This document shows positions 45,601 through 52,089 of a stretch of DNA of 64,000 bases, piece after piece. Source of the stretch: a virus; the IMG/VR virus record IMGVR_UViG_3300023109_000011, positions 1-64,000 of that record; one strand, given 5' to 3'. The notes under the pieces were generated by a model that did no database searches, was not told where the DNA came from, and was given only the letters and a program-made list of their open reading frames with translations. How positions within the stretch are numbered: position 1 is the first letter of the stretch; every line of letters starts with the position of its first letter. Both the position numbers and the translations under genes were made by a program.

Positions 45601-48586
45601 CGCGGTGTCGCATGTAAGTATCAATAGCAAGAGCTGACAATTGTGATGTGCCAGCAAAGTCACCATAATAAAGAGTATCGTTTTGATCGTAGAAAGCAGG
45701 TGAACGCATTTGGTTATTTGCTAAGACATAACCATTTTGAACTCTTAATCTTTCTGCACCACCTGTAACAACTGCAAATTGGTCAGCTGCTGGGAAATGA
45801 ATGTAAGTATTAGTATCTCCATCGTGAATAATCTCACCAACTAAACTAATATCATTTACACGAGATGTACTCGCTGGATCCATGTAGTAAGTAGCATTGC
45901 TACTATCGTAATATCTTCCAGCATATAGATTTGGGAAAATACCATCAAGACTTGAAGTGACGTAAGTCGTATCAATTAAAAGTCTTTCAGTACCATCAGT
46001 TGCAAATCGTATATTATTATTCGATGGGAATCCGAGATAGGTAGTTGTATTACCACGATGTCTTACATAATCATCAATGTCTACAGTATTTAATTGTGAG
46101 TCACCAGCAGGGTCTGCAAAATAATTAGTATCATCAGCATCAACAAATCTCGCTGCAGTAACATCGCCTGTAAATGTACCACTACCACCTGAAACGTCTC
46201 CACCAAAGTCACCATCACCAGTAACATCAAGGTCACCGGTAATATCTACACCAGCATCATTAACTTCTAATCTTTGAGCACCACCGGTTTGAACTTCCCA
46301 ACGATTTGCGCCTGGGAAATTAAGGAACGTGTCGGTATCACCATCGTGAACAACGGTTCCTGTCATTGTAATTGTATTTACGCGAGAGCCAGAAGCTGGA
46401 TCTAAATAGAAGGTAGCATCGTTGCCATCGTAGAAAATAGGTGCTGTAACACTTACCGTTGAATCAAATGCTACTTTAGCTGATATGCTTGCGTTACTAA
46501 TATACAAACGCTCAGCACCACCAGTGGCTAATCGTATTTGATCAGCACCAACAAACCCGAAGTAAGTATCCGTATCGCCATTGTGACGAATATAAGAATC
46601 AAGGTCAATTTGACTCATTACGGAGGTACCATGGAAGTCTCCGTAATAGTTGTTATCGTTTGAATCGTAGAAGACTGGTGCATAAACATTTACAGTAAAG
46701 TCTGCACTATTATTATCTACACTGTATCGAAGAGTACCGCCGGTGTATACTCCGAAAGTATCAGCAGATGGGAATGTAATATAAGTGTCTGCATCACCGT
46801 TGTGACTAATAGAACCTTCCAATGCGATTCCATTAATTACAGATGTACCAGCAAAATCTCCATAGAAGCTACGATTATCTGAATCATAGTAAACAGGTGC
46901 TTGTACTTCTGTAAGTGCAGTGATGTAATCACCGGTGATACTATTTGAAGCACTCAGATTCGTTACAAATATTCCACTGGTGTTTGCAGTTAATTGAGTA
47001 GAGCCACCAGCATCTACACCAATAGAGTCAGCACCAAATGTGACCTTTGTATCGACATCATTGTTATGAATGATAGCATCGTTAACAACGAGATTAGGAA
47101 CATACGTATCAAGGTTAGCTAAGACTCTTGTGTTGTTAATATCTAACTGTGTATTTCCACCAGTCTGTAAAAGAATATTGTCTGTTTCAAAACTTAATCT
47201 TGTATCTGTATCGCCGTTATGGAAAAGATTATCATCAATTCCAATAGCGTGCATTGTTGAATCTGCATTTGGATTTACCACATAACTATTATTGTCTGCA
47301 TCTATAAATCGTTGACCAATAACATCTGTTCCAGCCGATACAGTAGTACCAGCCGATACAGTAGTACCAGCTGTTACTGAACCGAGTGTTGCTTCAATAT
47401 TACCGGCCGAAGCTGTAATGTTACCCGCGGTTGCGGTTATGTCTACACCTGCAGTTACATCAGTCGTAGCAATTACGTCCCGACCTGCGCTTACGTCTCG
47501 CCCTACAACCCAGTCATCATCACTGGTCGATCGAGCTGCATAGTTAAACGATGCATTTAAGAAACCAATAGTACCAGTTGTTGAGTATATTGCTCGATCT
47601 TGTCCAGATCCATTAAATACGATCTGCGCAGGACCACCATCATCCCCGATAGTAAGGTCGCCTTCAATGGTTATATTACCTGTGGCTGTATCATCTGCGT
47701 CACTACGAAGGAACTGAGAGGCTTCTAAGCCATCGACAGTGTCTGCATCAAAGCCATTTCCTGAGCCTTCATCAGCAGTCGTAATGATTCGACCTAAGTC
47801 TAGAAGCGAGCCGTTTCCTGCAAGCGAAATAAGTTTCCAGTAATCTGTACTCTCGTCCCATAGAATTTTTGGATTGTTTAAAGTACCACGCTCAATTTCA
47901 ATACCACTATTTTCTGATGGGCTTGAACCTGTGTAATTACTATTAAGAGTAATAATATTATCAGCAAGTAAAATTTCTTCTGTATTAACAGTAGTTGTTG
48001 TACCTGAAACAGTAAGGTTACCGCTGACCGTAAGACTCTGTTGAATGGTATAGTTACCAGCCATGATGTCATCGACATCAGAACGAACGAGTTGAATTCC
48101 TTCAAGACCATCAACAGTATCTGCATCAAACCCATTTCCTGAGCCTTCATCAGCAGTTGTAATAATACGATTGTTATCAATGGTGGTGGTTGCTAATCCG
48201 TAGAATCGGTTACCCGAAGAACTGATTGCAAGCCGAGGAGAGTTGTTATAGAGTATACGAACACCAGGTGTGGAGTCGTAGAATATGATTCCGTTGTTTT
48301 GCTGAGAGTTGACAAGTTTATAGTCGCCTGTACCCGAGTTGAGAATCTGGAGTGAATCAGAGTCTCCTACAAATTCTGCGATAGGTGGGGAAAACAAACT
48401 GCCGGCACTATTAGTAACTTTTAATGATGGAGTGCTAAAATCGTTTTGATCGATTACCACTTCACCCGAGAACTTAGATTCTCCAGTTACCTGTAGTTTT
48501 TGCCCGTTGTCGGTGGTTGTTCCAATGACAACGTTTTGCGACGTTTGTAGTCCATTTTTGACTATAAACTTTTTATCATTTGCCAT
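36632..48586 (-). CDS. giant tail fibre / adhesin (~3984 aa) with C-terminal peptidase S74 intramolecular chaperone
   Basis: Probable start MANDKKFIVKNGL at 48586; ~26 copies of (AP)xFYDxxxTxYYxDP, 9 copies of HxGD(T)xT; C-terminal SSDERLKENI...LRGV.YNW...GLIAQEV...LLVEAVKE coiled coil. Confidence 0.88.
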   Translation of the reverse strand: MANDKKFIVKNGLQTSQNVVIGTTTDNGQKLQVTGESKFSGEVVIDQNDFSTPSLKVTNSAGSLFSPPIAEFVGDSDSLQILNSGTGDYKLVNSQQNNGIIFYDSTPGVRILYNNSPRLAISSSGNRFYGLATTTIDNNRIITTADEGSGNGFDADTVDGLEGIQLVRSDVDDIMAGNYTIQQSLTVSGNLTVSGTTTTVNTEEILLADNIITLNSNYTGSSPSENSGIEIERGTLNNPKILWDESTDYWKLISLAGNGSLLDLGRIITTADEGSGNGFDADTVDGLEASQFLRSDADDTATGNITIEGDLTIGDDGGPAQIVFNGSGQDRAIYSTTGTIGFLNASFNYAARSTSDDDWVVGRDVSAGRDVIATTDVTAGVDITATAGNITASAGNIEATLGSVTAGTTVSAGTTVSAGTDVIGQRFIDADNNSYVVNPNADSTMHAIGIDDNLFHNGDTDTRLSFETDNILLQTGGNTQLDINNTRVLANLDTYVPNLVVNDAIIHNNDVDTKVTFGADSIGVDAGGSTQLTANTSGIFVTNLSASNSITGDYITALTEVQAPVYYDSDNRSFYGDFAGTSVINGIALEGSISHNGDADTYITFPSADTFGVYTGGTLRYSVDNNSADFTVNVYAPVFYDSNDNNYYGDFHGTSVMSQIDLDSYIRHNGDTDTYFGFVGADQIRLATGGAERLYISNASISAKVAFDSTVSVTAPIFYDGNDATFYLDPASGSRVNTITMTGTVVHDGDTDTFLNFPGANRWEVQTGGAQRLEVNDAGVDITGDLDVTGDGDFGGDVSGGSGTFTGDVTAARFVDADDTNYFADPAGDSQLNTVDIDDYVRHRGNTTTYLGFPSNNNIRFATDGTERLLIDTTYVTSSLDGIFPNLYAGRYYDSSNATYYMDPASTSRVNDISLVGEIIHDGDTNTYIHFPAADQFAVVTGGAERLRVQNGYVLANNQMRSPAFYDQNDTLYYGDFAGTSQLSALAIDTYMRHRGDTTTYLGFDADDSITFVTDNVERVNITNTNTTVFSDLLANRFVDRSDGAYFVDPASTDTAATLNGKVLIGNVSDAARWDDSTGNGGISLMNHGSYASGQNTTVGISGNSAGGYALMYMNIIDASANPYANGNRYINFYHDGANGTQFRGDSSGNFYIVPPAGTTAGFWDTGGGEILVAEETNNNVIVGGSSVTYTSMDNTPLVGSITNSKLHVNGGIQLNGNDDAIVFGRGTSSFLKDEELGFGWGGGWYMTDATYLRVRNNKALYSTGSAYFSIVYDSDDVNYYGDFAGTSQMNRIDIDDYIRHRGDTNTFFGFEANDTFRIWTNGTQRFNIDNNSADFAVNVYAPRYYDSNSTAYYIEPGDGAKLLGNFEFASSSTGTGYSTASIELRESNYTATGAATPPYLGFHWGGVVASNIAIESDGTIAIRNNPGTGYEKFKSSQITTQVFYDMDDTTYRLNPNGSGLADNRLNRLTISNGSYGLLNGHNDEYHGIIFRGYPTNATTGYALLDRISFMEYGGDFRFYRKNGSALTELAIINTDYLSHYSDVRAPIFYDSNNTAYYGDFASRSVLNQLTVGSTSSIVTNATLDIAGPVAVRGATNIYFGVSTTNYGSWQSRLYNRTSGTLASDAQEFEWGNVGYGSGAARMFFTAASGILQVTGDMRAPLFYDRNDTNYFVDPNSTSRLATLRTNRIYFAYDNSTDTYMDWPGGNYGSMSVHGSGKGGWQGYSIADRFVFMSSSADEAGIYNDIDNEWMTIWRRGGSTELHFNGTKQAETENGYFLANNQMRAPIYYDSNDTNYYGNFASGNTSTAVRVNGIYDRLGFQTSGNGSNNVLLRAQDYTHWIWQTASNWGIFWAGNDNPAYSHFSTSNPNEIVFVGSGQLRASIDLDNGNAHFIGNVSAGNFLLNGGNENIGLIKSYGSGGADLVLFDATEYFDKRVIKPMADNESALTGTTSEFVRTTDGPFAGSYVLQSAAYRTFYSDYIPVAPGEEIYGEISHKLISGSGGLLYYGIERFDSQKRAIAGNTGTTYFVSGGSNFTNTSWQTQRGHTTIPSSHTPYNGSDGGGCYYVRIRILMNYNAGGALRQYGGIMLKRRNAESNLLADDIRALDRIDAQGIIESAASVRAPIFYDTDDTAYYTNPHAESRINSMRTAGQVVIGGTFQNNPYSSTTGARLMFGGGDSNAAGNYFIGTNMENYGGNYTKLDLRWHTGIRMGAQAVYGGTRFYNNEDLSSLLFSVGRGDTHTRVESSNLYVMAGDARAQIFYDIQDTAYYANPNATSRFLQQRIVHRLHIGDETNLYNGILEGSALNRPDLVIKGQYPQLNLMSTQISNGTHGPTLRFAAYDSANASSGNFKHWVIGIAGTNATSLHFGYSPNQTNPHYGIGRGWSSGNNVSIMWIQNDRQVYTENSFRAPIFYDRNNTNYYIHGDNTSELYDLRLRGNYVRTYRHSGSDFTLGTLVSTSIPATATSGASFVLEATGKSYSGDPPFSFTAQGYLYYDTIINYSGQHFGKPGFADMQVFQYNGTLHFWWPRVSYWNSFSVHVRDAGGDDRNLVTNITNSSLPGGRTKERTIVMKVTATYNQNINTGDMYAKRYYDSDNTNYYADPNSTSRMNTLSVDRINYLGGAPAYFYTSSGNLRGYIRATESDDSHFEFATSGNEDIIFRDGGFGGSWNQIIRGNGQVLISGRLDVPIMYDYNDSAYYTDPRSNTRLNTLEVVSTLTSNGQFYANDPTDYWSTSISGLTNAPISTRNRDYNVGGTSRYLPLTHQTALYSSGYRTHVNTGLYKYASGWGGGRSSWYAAIGGNDSYPTQAWYLAYDGYINNSLGYVSTFGSFRAPIFYDTNNTGRYLDPNGTSRLQRVEFYGRTQFIGREGDSGGSAAYAGGRLAEYMGNVAAEFHSGNDQPVSLYFRSGVNAPSDFGYITYDPDYDNTGENGAMVIGSENDGLGSSDYIRLQARTVIDSDSISSDNTTMLDVRYQNTTYSRINTDYLDHISDIRAPIFYDRDNTGYYGNFNSTSQFHYVLANNWFRAQGSTGFYFQDYGKGMWAPEAGGNSYGNVTTYNTGRNGWSGWGIGSRHVFMSTGGDNVGIHDNSRGWIYYWNGSYNEFTYGYTVMRGSARAPLFYDLDDTGYRWNGASDNSSRFRGVDNLTMAFQALSGQTRSSAEYYKARPRITGDTNYWTGAMGWSRVDMNTVADWGSGFIDSWSNPGNQPSGTSHWVGMQAYHYTNGSARYGWQMVGGPVTNLRFRSTWSSFRTWRTIPVMGENSNNTGGLYADIFYDSNNSNYFCDPAGRSRLSSIDYGNSGYYLHGGSWGWRHQTPYGYIEFGPANGSHAHIYTDRSNFYFNVNEMYMNGRAILKENYWNGSKYFGSDGAIYGTIFYDSNNSGYYIDPASGHSTRFEGVNNRTMAWINQPGHTRNSGEYYRARPRITSDTNYWTGAMGWGTQDMNVVSTWGSGFIDSWSNPGNQPSGTSHWVGIQSYHYRSSNTSGYGWQMVGGPITNLRFRSAWGGWRTWRTIPVLDENNGNGGSMYAGRYYDTNNTGYYIDPASTSIINTTNQNGYHTFNNYGLGVTGTYTSTRLQLVFAMGSSYRPNSAGTSAANMYGIGWSHPNAGGLGGANQLNDHGMLIINNGSFRAAISSRAVFSSDVRTPIYYDWNDTGYYLDPNSTSNSALRIRGGTLHGPNPSWGQYLYVGGNGHWTGSYASVATTNGNLHLDSRSGYSTYINWYVGGTMYVNATVQDNGLRYYRSNTAMLIDIRGTENTSRMGRITLNDGVVLRSPDGNYGSFCVDGASRGGYEGFSIGDRVVMMHNNGGVAGMYNDVNNEWMMRFDLNSYCILYHDGSEKLRTRTNGIQAQGFFYSSDERLKENIVTIENAVDKVKKLRGVEYNWKDSGDKDIGLIAQEVQEVIPEVVVVQDTSDNTSDDPNAPASKPAHNDGIEDVLSIEYGHLVGLLVEAVKEQQEQIDSQANQIEELKGMVQQLLKG
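38037..39100. repeat. internal duplication of a ~100-aa domain in the giant fibre
   Basis: 38037-38330 and 38811-39100 both encode ARPRIT.DTNYWTGAMGW...WGSGFIDSWSNPGNQPSGTSHWVG...YGWQMVGGP.TNLRFRS.W..WRTIPV; two ~27-bp identical nucleotide tracts. Confidence 0.9.
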
Positions 48587-48626
48587 ACGGTTCACTCTCC
48601 CCAGATTGGCGGTTTAAATTATTCAA

Positions 48627-51600
48627 TTAATCTTTAATAAGCGTTGCGGCTATTTTGTAATCCGTTGCAGTTGTTGATGTCGCTGATACTGACAGTTCTA
48701 CATTTCCTCCTGCTATTCCAACATCATAATTTGCTAAAGAGTTGTTAGTATATATTGTAGCAAACTCAGTAGCAGATGCGGTTGTATCATTATGCACCAC
48801 TAACAACTTGGTGACATGTCTATTTATCCCTTGAGTAGCTGTGATCACGAGCTCAGCTGAATTATAAGTTGCGTAATCAAAATCAAATATAACAGTGCTA
48901 CTTGTTGATGAAGTACTACCTGATCCTGAAGTATGAGTTACATGATCAGTTACAACGTTGTTTGCTATGAGATCTGGAACCGTAAGGTTACCAGTCATAG
49001 TGTCACCGACAAGGTTTACATATCTCGCATCAGCAATTGCGATCGTAATTACAGAAAGATTACCTTTCGTGTATCCTTGTACGTGACCAAACTTATCGAA
49101 AGTAAAGCTTGAAATTACCTCAGCCTGACCAAGATCAAGTAAGCCGGTATTTGCAGCACCGGCTGATGTGGCGTGACTAATAGTAACGTTAGAGGTAAGT
49201 TGACCTCCTCCTACTAATCCCTCACCAGCAATTACATGTACATCACTACCTACAGTGTTATTTAAGAAACCATCAATTTCAGTTTCTGTATAGTATCTAT
49301 TATCGAGCTGGCCAGCATCTAATTCTGTTTCAGTATAATAAAGATCATTTAATTGACCGGCGTCTAATTCAGTTTCAGTATAATATCTTAAGTCTAAATC
49401 TGTAGATGCAACCGTTTGAACATGACCAAATGTATCGAATGTGATATCTTGTAGTACATTACCATCAGCGTTATCTACATCAGAAACTGAAGATGTATCA
49501 TCGTGGTCAATTGTAATTGATCCATTAGCAGATTGGTTTAGATTAAACGATCCTCCACCCGCAATAGCATTTCCAGCAGTAATTGTTACTGTTGCATTAC
49601 TTACATTATTTGCTGCTTGGGCCGATGCTGCATTAATAATGTCGAGAGCATGTTGACCATCAAGTAAATCAGCATCTAAAGTTGAGCCGACACCGTCTGC
49701 ATCTAAAATAACTTGGAATATTTCTGTATTCGATAAGCTGACATCAGCACCAACCTCGATACCGTCGAGTTTAGTACCATCAACCGAAACATCGCGACCA
49801 TCAACAGTTCCAGTAATTGTAATATTACCAGTAACTCCGATGTTACCTGTTGAAATACCATCATTGAATACAGAAATATTTGTATCAAACTGTGTACCGT
49901 CACCAGTAATAATTTGATATGTATTGTTAGCATTATACCAAGCGGTTGAGTCGATACCAGCAACGGCTGCTGTATTTGCTACTGTAATACGACCATCATC
50001 ATCGATGGTAACAATAGGAATCGATGTTGCACTACCATAAGTGCCTGCCACAACTCCTGTGTCTTCGAGCTCAGTGGCAATACTAATTGATCCATTAGCA
50101 AGATCAGTAAGTGTAGTTGTACCAGTACCTGTAACTTTACCAGTAAGTGCTAGGTCAATTGTTGGATCGGGCAGATTTGTAAAGTTAGGAAAGTCAAGAT
50201 AGAATGTACCTTCTTGACCATCAAGTAAATCAGCGTCTAAACCTGAGCCAGCACCATCAACGTCTTTAACAGCTTCAAGTATATCTGTATTCGATCGATC
50301 AGGTGGAATGTTTGTAAAGTTATTATAGTCGAGATAGTATGTACCTTCTTGACCATCGAGTAAATCAGCATCAAGTAATGTACCTGTGCCATCAACAGTA
50401 AGAAGAGCTGAAAGTATTTCAGCCGGAGTTTGGTCTGCGGTTGCTCCTGGCTCGATACCATCAAGTTTTGTACCATCAGCTCCAACGTCGCGACCATCAA
50501 CAGTTCCTGTGACTGTAATATCACCAGTAACATCGACACCTGCACCAAAGTTGACATTTAAATCAAAGTCTGATATAATAGTATCAAACTGAGATCCGTC
50601 ACCTGTATTGATTTGGAATGTATTATTTGCAGAATACCAATCAGTTGAATCTACACCTTTTACAGCACCAGTGCCAACATTAGTTAATCGACCATCTTCA
50701 TCAACCGTTATAATTGGTATAGCAGAAGCTGAACCATATTGACCTGCTGTAACTGCAGTGTTTGCAAGCTCTGTTGTAATGCTAATCGATCCATTACCAA
50801 GATCTGTAAGAGTAGCACTACCTGTACCAGTAACTTTACCTGATAAAGTAACATCAACTACAGGATCAGGCAAATTCGTAAAGTTAGGGAAGTCAAGATA
50901 GTGAGTGCTGTCTTGTCCATCAAGTAGGTCGGCATCGAGTCCAGAGCCTGAACCATCAACAGCTTTAACAGCTTCGAGGATTTCAGTATTCGACATGTCG
51001 GCTGTTGCGCCGGATTCAATAGCATCAAGCTTTTGACCATCTGCTAATATGTCACGACCATCAACAGTACCAGTAACCGTAACATTGCCTGTTACATCAA
51101 TGCCTGCACCGAAGTCTACGTTTAAATCGAATTGAGATATTTGCTCATCAAAGGAAGAGCCATCAACTGTGTTAATTTGGAAAGTATTATTTGCGGTGTA
51201 CCATGCTGTATCAGACACACCTGCTACATCTACATCTGCTGCTGCAGTTAATCGACCGTCTTCATCGACAGTAAATGTTGGAATCTGAGAAGCTGAACCG
51301 TAAGAGCCTGCGGTAACTGTAGTATTTGCTAGTTCAGCAGCAATGTTAATTGTGCCATCAGCAAGGTCGGTTAAAGTGGTCGTCCCTGAACCAGTTACTT
51401 TCCCCGTAATATTAACATCAATTGTTGGATCAGGTTTGTTTGTAAAATTAGGAAAATCTAAATAATGCGAACCTTCCTGTCCGTCCAACAGATCAGCGTC
51501 AAAGCCATTCCCAGCACCAGCATCGCTTGTAGTAATGATCCGCCCTGTTGTTCCACCCGAAGCAATTTCCCAATAACCATTTGCTTCATTCCATTGTAGA

Positions 51601-52055
51601 ACAACATTTGATTCTGTACCACGCTCAACTTCGAGACCAGCATCTTGACTAGGAGTGCCGGTTTCATTTGAGTTAAGAGTTATCTTATTGTCAGCAAGTA
51701 GAATCTCTTCTGTGCTAACGGTGGTGGTATTACCAGTAACTGTAAGATCGCCCGTAATCGTAAGACTACCATCGAAGATATCATCTTCATCCGAGCGTAA
51801 GAATTGTAAGGAGTCAAGTCCATCAAAGAGATCGGCATCTAAACCTGAGTTTGCCCCGTCAACGGTTTTAATTAAATCAAGAAGATCTTGAGGGTCAGCA
51901 CTAAACTCGACAATGGATTGAATTCCACCGACGTCCTGTTTAATGAAGATTTTGCCATCGACCGTGTTGATAGCAAGTTCGCCTAACTCCAGCTGGGCTG
52001 TCGTCGGAATGCGACCTGCAACGGCGCTTCTTCTAAGCTTAATTAACGTTGACAT
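48627..52055 (-). CDS. tail fibre protein with three ~190-aa repeats and LDADLLDG motifs
   Basis: N-terminal IKLRRS...P....L..GELAINT.DGK.F attachment motif; repeated SGLDADLLDG, AG.YGSA..IP..T.D.DGR, TVDGRD; YYTETE x3. Confidence 0.85.
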   Translation of the reverse strand: MSTLIKLRRSAVAGRIPTTAQLELGELAINTVDGKIFIKQDVGGIQSIVEFSADPQDLLDLIKTVDGANSGLDADLFDGLDSLQFLRSDEDDIFDGSLTITGDLTVTGNTTTVSTEEILLADNKITLNSNETGTPSQDAGLEVERGTESNVVLQWNEANGYWEIASGGTTGRIITTSDAGAGNGFDADLLDGQEGSHYLDFPNFTNKPDPTIDVNITGKVTGSGTTTLTDLADGTINIAAELANTTVTAGSYGSASQIPTFTVDEDGRLTAAADVDVAGVSDTAWYTANNTFQINTVDGSSFDEQISQFDLNVDFGAGIDVTGNVTVTGTVDGRDILADGQKLDAIESGATADMSNTEILEAVKAVDGSGSGLDADLLDGQDSTHYLDFPNFTNLPDPVVDVTLSGKVTGTGSATLTDLGNGSISITTELANTAVTAGQYGSASAIPIITVDEDGRLTNVGTGAVKGVDSTDWYSANNTFQINTGDGSQFDTIISDFDLNVNFGAGVDVTGDITVTGTVDGRDVGADGTKLDGIEPGATADQTPAEILSALLTVDGTGTLLDADLLDGQEGTYYLDYNNFTNIPPDRSNTDILEAVKDVDGAGSGLDADLLDGQEGTFYLDFPNFTNLPDPTIDLALTGKVTGTGTTTLTDLANGSISIATELEDTGVVAGTYGSATSIPIVTIDDDGRITVANTAAVAGIDSTAWYNANNTYQIITGDGTQFDTNISVFNDGISTGNIGVTGNITITGTVDGRDVSVDGTKLDGIEVGADVSLSNTEIFQVILDADGVGSTLDADLLDGQHALDIINAASAQAANNVSNATVTITAGNAIAGGGSFNLNQSANGSITIDHDDTSSVSDVDNADGNVLQDITFDTFGHVQTVASTDLDLRYYTETELDAGQLNDLYYTETELDAGQLDNRYYTETEIDGFLNNTVGSDVHVIAGEGLVGGGQLTSNVTISHATSAGAANTGLLDLGQAEVISSFTFDKFGHVQGYTKGNLSVITIAIADARYVNLVGDTMTGNLTVPDLIANNVVTDHVTHTSGSGSTSSTSSTVIFDFDYATYNSAELVITATQGINRHVTKLLVVHNDTTASATEFATIYTNNSLANYDVGIAGGNVELSVSATSTTATDYKIAATLIKD

Positions 52056-52089
52056 ATATATGTCCCTTTGTCACACCTATAAAGGCGAG

